Assembly (NCBI GenBank): GCA_023138875.1
Contig: JAGLOO010000035.1
Span: forward strand, 1,722 to 65,721
From: Bacteroidales bacterium
GTDB lineage: Bacteria; Bacteroidota; Bacteroidia; Bacteroidales; GCA-2748055
Length of the DNA stretch: 64,000 nucleotides
Reading direction: 5' to 3'
Below are positions 15,001 to 20,562 of the stretch, in pieces. A program made the position numbers and the translations under genes. Within the stretch, counting starts at the first letter, position 1. Each line of letters starts with the position of its first letter. The notes beneath the pieces were generated by a model. It had not been told where the DNA came from. It saw only the letters and a list, made by a program, of their open reading frames with translations, and did not search any database.

Positions 15001-15945
15001 CACACTTACGCCGATCCGGGTACCTACCTGGTAAAGTTCTACGTGAACAATGGAAGCTGTATCGATAGCATCAGGACCTCTATCGTCATCCATCCGAGGA
15101 TACCCGAGGCCGACTTCGATGTGCCTGAGGGTGGTTGTACACCAATGGAGATCCAGTTTGTGAACCAGTCGCTCTGGGCTACGACCTACCTGTGGGACTT
15201 CGGTGATGGCTATGTCTCCACCAAGGAGCATCCGACACATACTTTCTACGATCCTGGTGAGGTAACCGTAAGGCTCCAGGCCACAGGTCCGGGTGGAACC
15301 GACTATGCTTCGCATACCATCAATGTATATGAGACTCCGAACATTGCGTTCAACTCGGCACCTGACTCGGTATTCGTGAAGGACAAGCCGGTAAGGTTCT
15401 TTAACCTGTCGGCAGGGGCTGATCAATACCTCTGGGACTTTGGTGATTATTTCGAGGATGGTACACCGGCTGAAGGCAATTTCACAGATGAGGAAGATCC
15501 GCAGCATATTTACTTCACCGAAGGGTGGAAGGATGTGAAACTGGTAGGGTGGAATGATCACTGTATAGATAGCCTGACCATGACGGTAGTGAAGGTGATC
15601 TCGGCCGGTGACATCCAGTTCCCGACGGTGTTCAGGCCTGATCCGGACGGACCATCAGGTGGATGGATCGATCCCAATGATCCGAACCTGGATCCCAACA
15701 TCAAGAACAGCATCTTCTTCCCGGGTGTGAACAGGCAGGTGGATGAATACCATCTGTACATTTACAGCCGCTGGGGAGACCTGATCTTCCAGAGCCATGA
15801 TATCAACCACGGCTGGGATGGTTACATCAAGGGATCGCTGGCCTCACAGGGTGTATATATCTGGAAAGTTACCCTCGTCTACAAGAACGGTTCACCTGAT
15901 AGCATGGCAGGTGACATCACCCTGATCTGGAAAAGACCGCAGTAG
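1..15945 (+). CDS. Giant repeat-built cell-surface adhesin-like protein, T9SS type B cargo (5' end lies upstream of the window; >5,300 aa)
   Basis: Frame 1 is open from nt 1 (no stop before the track's GTG at 112) to TAG at 15943-15945. The translation is continuous beta-sandwich modules: C-E-x...[YF]QW[QEY] Ig-like units, GG[TS]G.Y.H.WTGD SprB-like units and five [FY][LY]WDFGD PKD signatures. It ends in an FPTVFRP..DG...Y.L.IYSRWG.L.F....GWDG.....QGVY.W......G....AGDITLIW block typical of the gliding-motility/T9SS type B C-terminal domain. Confidence 0.93.
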   Translation, partial: ATGTGGVIEWYDDPRHRNPPDLVHTGASFTHGETAPGVYNWWVTESRDYGSGVTCPSDTSRSTLTITPIPNKPDISVAGPTDFCFDGGVTSVTLTANPNEPPTIISYQWYRNGISVGGATSNTIVLDAIAETGNYIVRTYGVAPTNCPSPFTDPQVINIYALATTTDPPNRMICADDNMTTGNTTFGVTVGGAAHAIQWQRSDGGPWVNITAAAAPNDGCTYGGFTTATLSITEADYAINGYLYRVKLTTTAGACEIFSGSGLLTVNPIPNITTQPVDQTECEFNNAAFNVAANIVAGSIDTYQWQRENSDINAGTDGGAYTGFTTSTLTVNNPDRTFDNNRYRVIITSDQGCPLRSNNQRLYINPLADITTQPVAAEICENDNTSFSLATDGNPAVTGYQWQVQTGGVGPWNNAAGIVYNGGATATLNLTGVPIGYSTNLYKCVLTTNGPCPIESNTALLTVNPNPTASINPAAPAELCTGDVINFDGQPAGGTGGYSHSWTGDTGPLSVTNTQTPNFTAPVLGSQTTYNLTYTVTDGKTCTGTDNVAVVVNPTVTVNVMASLAEVCSNGTVNLDGDPQGGTGAITSLWTGTGAGFLSGTGIATPTFTAPVVVVQTTYTLTYRATDTKGCYAEQSINIDVNPNPSASILPGAPGELCYNEVQTLDGNPSGGTGGYIHAWTGDVTPLDVTNTVDPDFTAPSTGVQTTYNLTYTVQDGKSCMGTDVVTLTVNPEVVSAVLTGDASICSGNNADLQVAITGGTGNFTVTLSDLVPPLITTENNYVSGANITTGPHTAATNTYTISSVVDSKGCRATSETGSATILVGSIPTAAVLTGGTAICLGQTTPLQVNITGGAPPYKVVFDVLPDETNYISGADIATGILGLGTWDFNIVSVTDNCGVLISGAAVAGGNPQQITINPIPVITATNNDAVICSDGTTNIGLATSVGNTVYNWTVNDGGGVTWVGGRAPANGSITDGVGVQTILQNLQHTMNTTVSVVYTITSAGPLPTTCAGNTEIETVIVEPTPEAAITNSTQTICDGAALTGMAVSSVVTHNGAPTFDMAIVATTGNLGDLTATGVALTTLLGQAYPYTITGTLTNNTNDAIVIEYRVTPKLAGCSDGAVEVATVTIEPTPIAAISNSTQTICDGAGFTDMIVSNVATHSGTPEFDMTITATTGNLGDLTVTGNALTPRTGRAYPYTISGTLTNNTDDAIVIEYRVTPLLPTCSNGADVLATITIEPTPVATISNNAQVLCDGGALTGMTVNTAANPTGVETFDLTIVATTGLLADLTATGLALTTVSGQAYPYTISGTLTNNTDDAIVVEYRVVPKLAGCGDGALVTATVTVEPTPVAAISNAAQTICDGASIADMIVSNEATHNGTPEFNLVITATTGNLGDLTATGNVLTAVAGQAYPYTISGSLTNNTDDAITIEYQVTPVLPGCTNGTDVFATITIEPTPVAAISNAAQTLCDGDALTGMVVTSAANPAGAESFNLAIVATTGNVGDLTGTGNSLTTVLGNAYPYTISGTLTNNTDDAITIEYRITPLLAGCSNGAVETAVVTIEPTPVAAISNAVQTLCDGDALVGMVVSNEATHSGTPVFDLSIVATTGNLGDLTATGNSLTTRVGENYPYTISGTLTNNTDDAIVIEYRVIPTLPGCTDGAEVVAEVTIEPTPIATISNNAQVLCDGDALTGMIIATAANPSGVETFNLDIIATVGNLGDLTATGGALTTVAGGAYPYAINGTLTNDTDDAITVQYRVTPLLAGCSNGTVVTATVTIEPTPVAAISNAVQTLCDGDALVGMAVTNEATHNGTPEFDLVIVATTGLLGDLTATGLALTTVSGQAYPYTISGTLTNNTDDAIVIEYRVTPLLPTCGNGALVTAVVTIEPTPKAAISNAAQTLCDGDALTGMAVTSAANPTGAESFNLAIVATTGNLADLTATGLALTTVLGQAYPYTISGTLTNNTDDAITIEYRVTPLLAGCGNGAMETAVITIEPTPIAAISNNAQTICDGATLTGMVVTDQATHSGAPAFDLAIVATTGNIGNLTATGVALTTQSDQAYPYTISGTLTNNTNAAITIEYRVTPKLTGCGNGVLVTAVVTIEPTPVAAISNNVQTICDGDAVTGMVVSNLATHSGAATFDLDIVATTGNLGDLSATGVALTTVTGEAYPYTINGTITNNTFATIVIEYRVTPLLAGCSDGVVVVSEVTIYPTPTANPAPLTQTIPNGSATDITMGGDVAGTTFGWRVLNPGTTNATDGGPLNIGEKITQTLANNGAVPITVTYRIGPSANGCTGDSTDVVITIDPSVDMTVVNNAPHICTTGSSDLDLSSSVAGATFAWTVTDPGGAGASAGNGGPNTHTIQQQLFNVTTAPITVTYHITPTGPGPTFIIGTTQDIDVTVYPKPVGIYTNREPQICNGSAANIELDSDVAGSTFTWTVTDPSGASGATPSGAALAIGDSIFQVLANLGTTAFTVTYHIRPTGQGAVTCPGDILDVDVIVDPTPVASVTNTTPVICSGETTDITLNASVVGSTFTYAVADPKGTGATGGVGVIGSVISQLLVNATQTPVTIQYEIIPSGPGATACPGAAVYENVTVNPLPITSAITGIDTVCEGTANLVFSVVHTADSYYEWNVPAILGNITFGGSGLDSYAAIVLAANTAVQVTDSIWVFETNQYGCTKDTIYKPMTIIPFPVQVNITGDAAVCALTTHTYSVPNNVGSTYQWFIPPGAGFASADPTINTVDVTFGLISGQVRVIETSSGGCVTIHNPLNITVNQLPITTLNADKIAACDGDTITFTAGPAAQLNYEFFVNGGSEQNGVSNIFKTAGLVNNDQVTVNVTSVDGCENLSMPLAITIYDPPVVILSSSDADNIICAGENVSFMGTSGSAVNYNFFLNGVSQQSGALNFWSTIGLVDGDEVHVEALSAFGCWGGSDTITTTVNALPVAVISGDNTICPGNSTDLAVNITVGAPNYDVTIDNGVGLLSNYVSGTAIPVSPAFTTIYTLVSVVDANGCLSAILTPSAPNLTGSAVVTVRDTVEILTQPRQAETCEGIDTSFSVGAIGDGLTFQWETTDDLANPFGNIGGATAATYFVVGPTAAIDGHYYRVRVSSSFCPEFAYSDTVQLTLKYDPALVAHPADQTICEADGTGFAVNAGLTSNPIYQWQVSYDGGGAWLDLGDTAVYNGTSTDSVAVISAASRFNGYQYKVVVTGECGTPIESNVATLTIDERPEILQHPSDITVCEGLPVSFSVNAGVTSGVVYQWEVDMGSGFVVLGDTALVYSGTAADVLNVLNPESRFNGYEYRAVVSGVCPVPQTSNPALLIVNEIPEIVTQPLDATICENESPLFIVNAGVTSGASYQWQVSYNGGGAWSDLGDTAIYTGTASNTLRLTGVPSTNDGNLYHVVVSGLCVPAVTSADVTLTVRERPEIIQQPSDTIVCEGVPARFDVDAGVTANAAYQWQVNMNDGNGFNDFGDTLGIYTGSSQAVLQILVPASRFNGYQYRVIVSGDCIPPQVSNTATLTVNELPEITVEPVDKTICEEQNTFFTVSSGVTTNPLYQWQVDMGSGFVDIGSDTGVYSGTGSPNLFMTLVPSDYNGYVYHVVVSGACAPAMTSADVLLTVNENPEIILQPENDTICEGDVATFTVDAGVTTSVTYQWQVNRVGLWEDLNDGLDYTGTDTGILTVNNPVTTYHGYRYRVIVSGVCNPPVTSAEALLVVDERPEIITQPVDQAFCEDGDLYFHIHPGNTTTPVILWEYSTDGVAWNPADGLPEITDASNDTLFLSAIPSAYDGYMFHAVISGKCPAVVTSDPAVMTVYEKPQIDTQPVDVDACEQDTVMFFVDAGVTTNPAYQWEIWNGAAWIVPPPDIYSGVNTDTMYINGIHSGIDGLQIRLRLSGSCVPGLISDTAMLTVYERPEVVGQPLDVTICEGDSALFGVDAGVTTNPTYTWEYFDGGSWQTASGGFFADETTDTLKLEGVPATWTGTEFRAIISNLCGPNDTSTVVDLVVNERPGIVTQPVDVTTCEGIAAAFSMNAGVTTNPGYLWQYHGGVTWLPVTGVQYSGQGTNTLNILNPVSAMNGYAFRVIVTGYCDPFVISDSVIFTVEENAEVIQQPVYASICENGDTIFTVNAGVTTNPTFQWYYNDGVSGWLAVTADGVHAGFLTNTLVLNSVPWSMDNWLYRAEVSGDCGSTVISDPAGLVVYKLPEIVAQPVDTTTCELLNVSFTVDVGDTDAPFLQWEENDGVSGWQLLSDGGNYIGTNSTELKVYAVDSAMTGFRYRVSVRGECDPEVISGEVTLTVQSAPDIWTQPVDETICEGDNTSFSIFATGTGITYQWQVDAGSGFTDITGSNGGVYAGWDSNTLVLTGADRTFNFNRYRIRVEGTCVPMTLSNLAILFVQTPPEIQTEPVDNTICEFENAVYSVNATGEGLSYQWQESTNGGGNWNVLSDVGFYIGSATPTLSVFNVERGYDGYMYRVIITGACGVPAQSVDVNLTVRTAPEILTQPVALTACENLPAGFGLEAQGTNIIYQWQVNEGTGFNNILLTDPLYTGADTDSLTLLSAQPAQAGYSFRAIVTGDCPPAAISNPVIMLVNANPVITSDPVDDAICEDGSTVFSAGATGPELVYQWYVDRNDGNGFVVLTDDAVHLGSNTDQINLTSVPVTMDGWQYRLDVFSVCMPISTAVVTLTVWPNPTSSILGDLPNYPLICGGDLLTLDGNPSGGSGTWSLHQWTGDIGPLSAINEQVVEFETLIKGQYNLAYRVTDDRGCVGTDVVTIENDRPTAQFSSDAVPSCGYIEVNFINNSTADAVTFLWDFGDGTTSTQEDVSHGFDNVDPGGLVAYYHVKLIASSVNSCRDTAQSVITIYPKVVATIDADTTEGCHPLAVTFLTQPGGASYYWDFGDGNAEDGGYLAHHLYENYTTAAVTRTVELTTTSFYGCQDSETLDITIQPIPAPNFTAVPLVQTYPDATVAFTNETTPGPWTYLWDFGDSLSSTEENPTHTYADPGTYLVKFYVNNGSCIDSIRTSIVIHPRIPEADFDVPEGGCTPMEIQFVNQSLWATTYLWDFGDGYVSTKEHPTHTFYDPGEVTVRLQATGPGGTDYASHTINVYETPNIAFNSAPDSVFVKDKPVRFFNLSAGADQYLWDFGDYFEDGTPAEGNFTDEEDPQHIYFTEGWKDVKLVGWNDHCIDSLTMTVVKVISAGDIQFPTVFRPDPDGPSGGWIDPNDPNLDPNIKNSIFFPGVNRQVDEYHLYIYSRWGDLIFQSHDINHGWDGYIKGSLASQGVYIWKVTLVYKNGSPDSMAGDITLIWKRPQ
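3067..6630 (+). repeat. 11 x 324-bp (108-aa) in-frame tandem repeat array inside the giant CDS
   Basis: Each unit begins EPTP[VI]A[AT]ISN..Q..CDG and ends YPYTISGTLTNNTDDAI.IEYRV.P.L..C..G....A.VTI. Units start at 3067, 3391 and so on, and a different module starts exactly at 6631 (3067 + 11x324). Two subtypes (EATH.GTP.FD versus AANP.G.E.FN) alternate through units 3-9, giving a 648-bp higher-order period. Confidence 0.9.
6631..7795 (+). repeat. Four divergent ~97-aa modules inside the giant CDS
   Basis: Recurring pattern ...AG[ST]TF.W.V.[DN]P.G...G.......I.Q.L.N....P.TVTY.I.P....C.G......V.V.P. Boundaries are approximate. Confidence 0.65.
9100..14070 (+). repeat. 17 consecutive ~95-aa Ig-like modules inside the giant CDS
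   Basis: Each module reads PE[IV]..QP.D.T.CE.....F.V.AGVT.....YQWQV...G..F.D.GD...Y.G.....L.......NGY.YR.V.SG.C.P...S..A.LTV. I counted 17 QP.D..CE starts. The units are divergent at DNA level. Boundaries are approximate. Confidence 0.8.
14341..15600 (+). other. PKD-domain region of the giant CDS (about five PKD-like units)
   Basis: Signatures FLWDFGDGTTS, YYWDFGDGNA, YLWDFGDSLSS, YLWDFGDGYVS and YLWDFGDYFEDG are spaced about 85-95 aa apart. Confidence 0.8.
15601..15942 (+). other. T9SS type B (gliding-motility-associated) C-terminal sorting domain of the giant CDS
   Basis: The terminal ~110 aa read FPTVFRPDPDGPSGG...YHLYIYSRWGDLIFQS.DINHGWDGYIKG..ASQGVYIWKV.L.YKNG....MAGDITLIWKRPQ. A clear paralogous block ends the protein at 24807-26147. 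Confidence 0.85.
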
Positions 15946-16015
15946 AATAGAAACAAGGGGTGTTTAAATGTATTATTCGTATCATTATAGTCAGGTTTAA
16001 GCTGATGTTTTAACT

Positions 16016-16837
16016 ATGAAACATAAATATATTTCAAAACAATCCAACGAACTTTTGTCTTACTTCAATGAAAAAGACAAAAAATGTTTTGGTTATTCAG
16101 AAGCATCTAATGCATTACCTCAATCAAGTGAAAGTGCCCTCAAAGAATTATTAAGCGACATGGCAAAGAGAGGGCTACTGATGCGATTGAAAAAAGGTTT
16201 ATATTACATTATTCCTTATGAACAAGAGGCAGAAACTTTTATGCCTGATTGGCATTTGATTGCTGAATATTTGGTGAAAGATGCCAAATACTACATTGGC
16301 TATTATTCGGCTTTGCAAATACACAATCTGATAACACAACCATCATTAAAAGAACAGATTGTTGTTTCAAAACAAATCAGACCGTCATCAATCAAGATAA
16401 AAAACGTTACGTTTCAATTTATTTATCACAATGAAGAACACTTCTTTGGTTTGAAGAAAACATGGATTGATAGTTTTCATAAGGTGATTTGCTCCGACCT
16501 TGAAAAAACTTTTATCGACTGCTTGTTCAAACCTGATTATGCTGGTGGCATTGTAGAAGTTGCCAGAGCAATCTACATATCAAACAATAAAATAAAGTAC
16601 GATAGGCTTCTGGAATATGTTGAAAAATTTAATTCGCAAGCAGTTATCAAACGGCTTGGATTCCTGCTGGAAACACTTGAGATTGAAACTGATATTATTG
16701 AAAAACTCCAAAAATCTAAAACAATATCATACGTTTTACTAGACACTGAATTGCCAAAAACAGGTAAAATGAATAGTCGATGGAGTATTCAACAAAATTT
16801 AGAAACAGAAACCATTAAATCAGCTATCTATACATGA
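16016..16837 (+). CDS. abiEi: AbiEi-family type IV toxin-antitoxin antitoxin / transcriptional regulator
   Basis: 273 aa. The N-terminal wHTH-like segment (..LLSDMAKRGLLMRLKKGLYYIIP) followed by YYIGYYSALQIHNLITQ is the AbiEi pattern. Its stop overlaps (ATGA) an ORF with an AbiEii N-terminus. The DNA is visibly more AT-rich than both flanks. Confidence 0.75.
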   Translation: MKHKYISKQSNELLSYFNEKDKKCFGYSEASNALPQSSESALKELLSDMAKRGLLMRLKKGLYYIIPYEQEAETFMPDWHLIAEYLVKDAKYYIGYYSALQIHNLITQPSLKEQIVVSKQIRPSSIKIKNVTFQFIYHNEEHFFGLKKTWIDSFHKVICSDLEKTFIDCLFKPDYAGGIVEVARAIYISNNKIKYDRLLEYVEKFNSQAVIKRLGFLLETLEIETDIIEKLQKSKTISYVLLDTELPKTGKMNSRWSIQQNLETETIKSAIYT

Positions 16838-17334
16838 TTAAGCCTGGAGAAATTCAGCAGAAAGCTCGTTGTGCTGGTGTACGTGACCAACAAATTGAGA
16901 AAGATTATGTCCTTTCTTAGAAATTATTGACAATAACGAGCATGATGATGGAGGAATTAACTTTTACATCAGTTATGTTGGACCATTAGGTGGCTTAGGA
17001 GCTAACAAAAAGGTAAAAATTGACATCGCCAGAAGTGAACAATTGGAATTTGCTCCTGTTTTAAAAAATATTATTCTAAGCTATTCTGACCAAAACAAAC
17101 ATCAGTTACTTTGTTACCAGTTGGAAGAAATTCTGGTAGAAAAAATACGTTCAGTTATGCAACGAATGCACCAGTAAGGAATTGAACGCTTCAGAATTTC
17201 ATGAGAAGCTAAGACAACGATTGCCACAATACAAAGGGCGATGGCAAAAATCAATGAACGAACAAATTCAGGACTTACCTGATTTTGAACAGGTAGAAAG
17301 GGAAACAATGAGGCATTTAAGAAAATTGGTGTGA
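16834..17334 (+). pseudogene. abiEii: Decayed AbiEii/AbiGii nucleotidyltransferase toxin gene (three out-of-frame fragments, catalytic core deleted)
   Basis: Fragment 1 (16834-16920) is MIKPGEIQQKARCAGVRDQQIEKDYVLS*. Fragment 2 (about 16899-17177, other frame) is ..FYISYVGPLGGLGANKKVKIDIARSEQLEFAPV..YQLEEILVEKIRSVMQR..*. Fragment 3 (17179-17334, third frame) is the C-terminal tail. The GGT...D.D nucleotidyltransferase block expected between fragments 1 and 2 is absent. Confidence 0.7.
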
Positions 17335-17487
17335 TGTACTTCAGTTATTACATCCCTGTTTCGCATATCATGCTCCCCTGTTCTGTTCCACGTTAATCAA
17401 GGATTTTATTGAATTGGCGTAAAAGAGGGGGTCGATGTAACCAAATCCCGGAAAACTCGTTTAATTTTATAATGCGGCCTGTGTTCA

Positions 17488-17495
17488 TAACTTTG
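17488..17495 (+). promoter_or_regulatory. Candidate Bacteroidota -7 promoter box (TAACTTTG) upstream of the PorP/SprF-like gene
   Basis: Exact match to TAnnTTTG about 80 nt upstream of the 17577 start, downstream of the AbiE insert. Confidence 0.3.
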
Positions 17496-17576
17496 ATTGA
17501 TTCTGGTTTAGAATCCAGATAACTTAACTGATTATCAAAAAAGTTATTAAATTTAGTAATTCAATAAGCCTGTATT

Positions 17577-18581
17577 TTGAAGAGACTTGCGCTTGTCATA
17601 TTGATAGTTGGTTTGTTTTCATGGGCAAAGGGTCAGGATCCGCAGTTCACTCAATTCTACGCAAATCCGCTCTACCTTGCCCCCTCCTTCGCAGGCGCAA
17701 CCGGACAGGACAGGATCACATCAGTATACAGGAACCAGTGGCCAGAGTTGAATAATGTTTTTGTCACCTACAGCTTTTCCTACGATCATTTCTTCGAGAA
17801 TTTCAACAGCGGGGTAGGCATTCTGCTGATAAGAGACGTTGCCGGATCGGGTAACCTTGGCATCCTCAACGCAGGGGTGATGTACTCCTATGATATCCAG
17901 GTAACCGACGAATTTCACCTGAGGCCAGGTATCCATTTCAATTACACACAGCAGGGGATTGATTACCACAAGCTCATCTGGAATGACCAGCTTTCCAGTG
18001 GGAGTACAGGAGGTGGTACCATTGAGCAACCCCCAACAGATCCCTACAAGCCCGATGTGGACTTTTCAGCCTCCCTGCTTGGATACACCGAACGGTTATG
18101 GTTTGGATTTGCGGTGGATCACCTTTTGAGACCCAATTATGGCCTGTATAACAACGATGCCCGATGGCCCATCAAGTACTCCGCATTTGGTGGAGCACAG
18201 ATCATCAAAAAGGGCAGGCTCCTTAACCCCATTGACGAAACGCTATCTCTCGCATTTCACTTCAGGCACCAGTATATCTATACCCAGCTGGACCTGGGCG
18301 TTTACTGGTATAAAGCACCTTTGATGCTTGGTTTCTGGTACAGGGGTATCCCCTTCTTCAAGGGATCCAATCCCGATTACCAGAAAGATCCCCGGGGTGA
18401 TGCCCTGGCATTCCTGGTGGGATACAAATTGGACCAGCTTCGCGTAGGATACAGCTACGACTTCACCATCTCCAACCTGGTCTCCTCCACCGGTGGTGCC
18501 CACGAGGTCTCGATCACCTACGAATTCAAGACCACCCGCAAAAAGCGCAACGCCCGCATGGTTCCCTGTCCGGAGTTTTAG
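17577..18581 (+). CDS. PorP/SprF-family type IX secretion system outer-membrane protein
   Basis: A signal peptide is followed by QDPQFTQFYANPLYLAPSFAG....R....YRNQWP, the hallmark N-terminus of PorP/SprF proteins. It lies downstream of a type B CTD cargo, as sprF does for sprB. The only in-frame start is TTG. Confidence 0.88.
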   Translation: MKRLALVILIVGLFSWAKGQDPQFTQFYANPLYLAPSFAGATGQDRITSVYRNQWPELNNVFVTYSFSYDHFFENFNSGVGILLIRDVAGSGNLGILNAGVMYSYDIQVTDEFHLRPGIHFNYTQQGIDYHKLIWNDQLSSGSTGGGTIEQPPTDPYKPDVDFSASLLGYTERLWFGFAVDHLLRPNYGLYNNDARWPIKYSAFGGAQIIKKGRLLNPIDETLSLAFHFRHQYIYTQLDLGVYWYKAPLMLGFWYRGIPFFKGSNPDYQKDPRGDALAFLVGYKLDQLRVGYSYDFTISNLVSSTGGAHEVSITYEFKTTRKKRNARMVPCPEF

Positions 18582-18673
18582 TGATAAAATAAGAATCAAA
18601 CATTTGCCACCTTTGGCGGTTTGCTGTCTTTTGTTAGATTTTACTATTTTTACAAAAAGTATCAAACAAACCC

Positions 18674-19429
18674 TTGGCAAAAGACTACATTATAGAACAA
18701 TTTAAAAGAGAATTCAAGGGAAGGGAATCCTTTTCCAGAGAAGAACTCTATGACTTTTATCGGCAATTTGAACCAGATTTGAAGGAGACCACATTCAGAT
18801 GGAGAATTTATTATCTGAAAACCAAGAAAATAATTGCTGTTATTTCAAGAAATCTTTTTACTCTTTCATACAAACCTGTCTTCAAACCAGAGGCTGGCGA
18901 TACAGAAAAACAGCTTTATTCAAAAATTGAGAAGCAATTCCCAACCCTAAAGCATTGTGTTTGGTCAACCAAAATTGTAAGTGAATTTATGCTTCATATT
19001 CCAGGTAGATCCATTACCATTTTGCAGGTTGAGACAGAGGCCCTAGAGCCTGTTTATGAGTTTTTAAAAGAACAAAAGTTCCGCAATGTTTTCATCCAAC
19101 CGGTTGAAAAGGAAATTGAACGCTATATATTTGAAAGCAAGACGGCTATTATTCTGCAATCGTTGATTTCAAAATCCCCGGTTCAAAGAATAAATGAAGT
19201 CGTTACAACAACGCTTGAAAAACTGATAGTTGATTTATATTGTGATAAAAAACTGTATAGTGCTTTTCAGGGCAGTGAATTGGTTCACATAATCAATTAT
19301 GCTTACAACCGCTATTCGATCGATTTTACAAAACTTTTTGGCTACGCTAAAAGAAGAAGAAAGGAAATTGAAATAATGGGCTTTCTATCAGATAAAACCG
19401 ATATACCAAAAAATGTATTGAATGATTGA
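18674..19429 (+). CDS. AbiEi-like antitoxin candidate, partner of the downstream AbiEii-family gene
   Basis: 251 aa with a TTG start. It overlaps the next gene by 8 nt. The N-terminal segment REELYDFYRQF....TFRWRIYYLKTKKII..ISRNLFTL looks like a wHTH. The role is inferred from its position upstream of an AbiEii-type nucleotidyltransferase. Confidence 0.55.
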   Translation: MAKDYIIEQFKREFKGRESFSREELYDFYRQFEPDLKETTFRWRIYYLKTKKIIAVISRNLFTLSYKPVFKPEAGDTEKQLYSKIEKQFPTLKHCVWSTKIVSEFMLHIPGRSITILQVETEALEPVYEFLKEQKFRNVFIQPVEKEIERYIFESKTAIILQSLISKSPVQRINEVVTTTLEKLIVDLYCDKKLYSAFQGSELVHIINYAYNRYSIDFTKLFGYAKRRRKEIEIMGFLSDKTDIPKNVLND

Positions 19430-20546
19430 CATTAAATCACTTTCAGCCGAATGGTTGGCTGAAAAGAGAAATATATATAACCAAGACCCTAACATAATGG
19501 AGAGCATGATACATGCACTGTATTTGTTAGAGCAATTAAAAATTACGGGGCTAGATTTCATATTTAAAGGGGGAACAAGTTTAATCCTACTGATGGAGCA
19601 ACCCAAAAGGTTTTCAGTAGATATTGACATCATTATTGATCCGAATCTACCTAAAGAAGAATTGGAAATCTATCTTTCAAAGATTGTTGATGCAAGCACA
19701 TTTGAAAGAATGGTATTAGATAGAAAGCGTAGTTATAAAGAAGGTATCCCCAAAGCACATTATAAGTTTATCTACAAGTCAAATTTTCCCAATAGAAACA
19801 AGGAAGGGGATGTAATATCCAATCCCGAAAGAGATATCTTACTTGATATTCTTTTTACGGAAAACCTTTACCCTGTACTGGTTAACAGACCGATTGAAAC
19901 AGAATGGTTGATTCAAAATGGTGATCCAGTAATCATTACAACACCCGACATTGACTCAATTGCAGGTGATAAACTCACCGCATTTGCTCCTAATACTACC
20001 GGTGTACCCTATGGTGTTGAAAAGGAAAAAGAAATCATAAAGCAATTGTTTGATGTTGCTTGCTTATTTGAACTATTGAATGACGTAGAAGTTTTTAAAA
20101 AATCATTTATAGAATCTGCAAACTGCGAAATCAAGTATCGACCTGAAAGGAACGTTACTTCATTCGAGCAAGTGTTACATGACACCATAAATACTGCCCT
20201 GCTTATTGCCAGGAAAGACATCTTGATTGACGAAGAGGACAAAGCAAAGTTCAATGAAATCAATATAGGCATTAATCAGTTTGGACACTTTGTGTACGTT
20301 GGGAAATTCGGGGTTTTAGAAGCACAAGTTGCAGGTGCAAAAGCCGCTTACTTAGCTGCAATAATTCTTACAGATAATAATGATAAGATTCAAACATTTA
20401 GTCCCGCAATTTCCTTAACAGACTATATGATAACAAACCTTGATTATAATTATCTGAATAAGCGATTGAAGTTTGTTGCACAAGGCGAAGCCCTTTTTTA
20501 CTGGCATCAAACAATCAGCCTGCTTTTTCCAGGAAATAAAAAATAA
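19422..20546 (+). CDS. abiEii: Nucleotidyltransferase AbiEii/AbiGii-family toxin
   Basis: 374 aa. FKGGTSLILLMEQPKRFSVDIDIII matches the G-G-[TS]...S.D[IL]D nucleotidyltransferase motif of AbiEii. It is translationally coupled to the upstream gene and sits in AT-rich DNA. Confidence 0.8.
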   Translation: MIDIKSLSAEWLAEKRNIYNQDPNIMESMIHALYLLEQLKITGLDFIFKGGTSLILLMEQPKRFSVDIDIIIDPNLPKEELEIYLSKIVDASTFERMVLDRKRSYKEGIPKAHYKFIYKSNFPNRNKEGDVISNPERDILLDILFTENLYPVLVNRPIETEWLIQNGDPVIITTPDIDSIAGDKLTAFAPNTTGVPYGVEKEKEIIKQLFDVACLFELLNDVEVFKKSFIESANCEIKYRPERNVTSFEQVLHDTINTALLIARKDILIDEEDKAKFNEINIGINQFGHFVYVGKFGVLEAQVAGAKAAYLAAIILTDNNDKIQTFSPAISLTDYMITNLDYNYLNKRLKFVAQGEALFYWHQTISLLFPGNKK

Positions 20547-20562
20547 AAACGTAAACCTATGA

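Noticed and set aside
190-15761. Dozens of 60-500-aa ORFs on the minus strand and in other plus frames inside the giant gene (for example 190-1080, 9358-10296, 11425-12927, 14980-15561).
   Set aside because: All lie wholly inside one uninterrupted 15.9-kb frame with recognisable domains. Their translations are low-complexity (Arg/Cys/Gly/His rich) with no motifs. Long shadow frames are expected in repeat-rich, codon-biased DNA.
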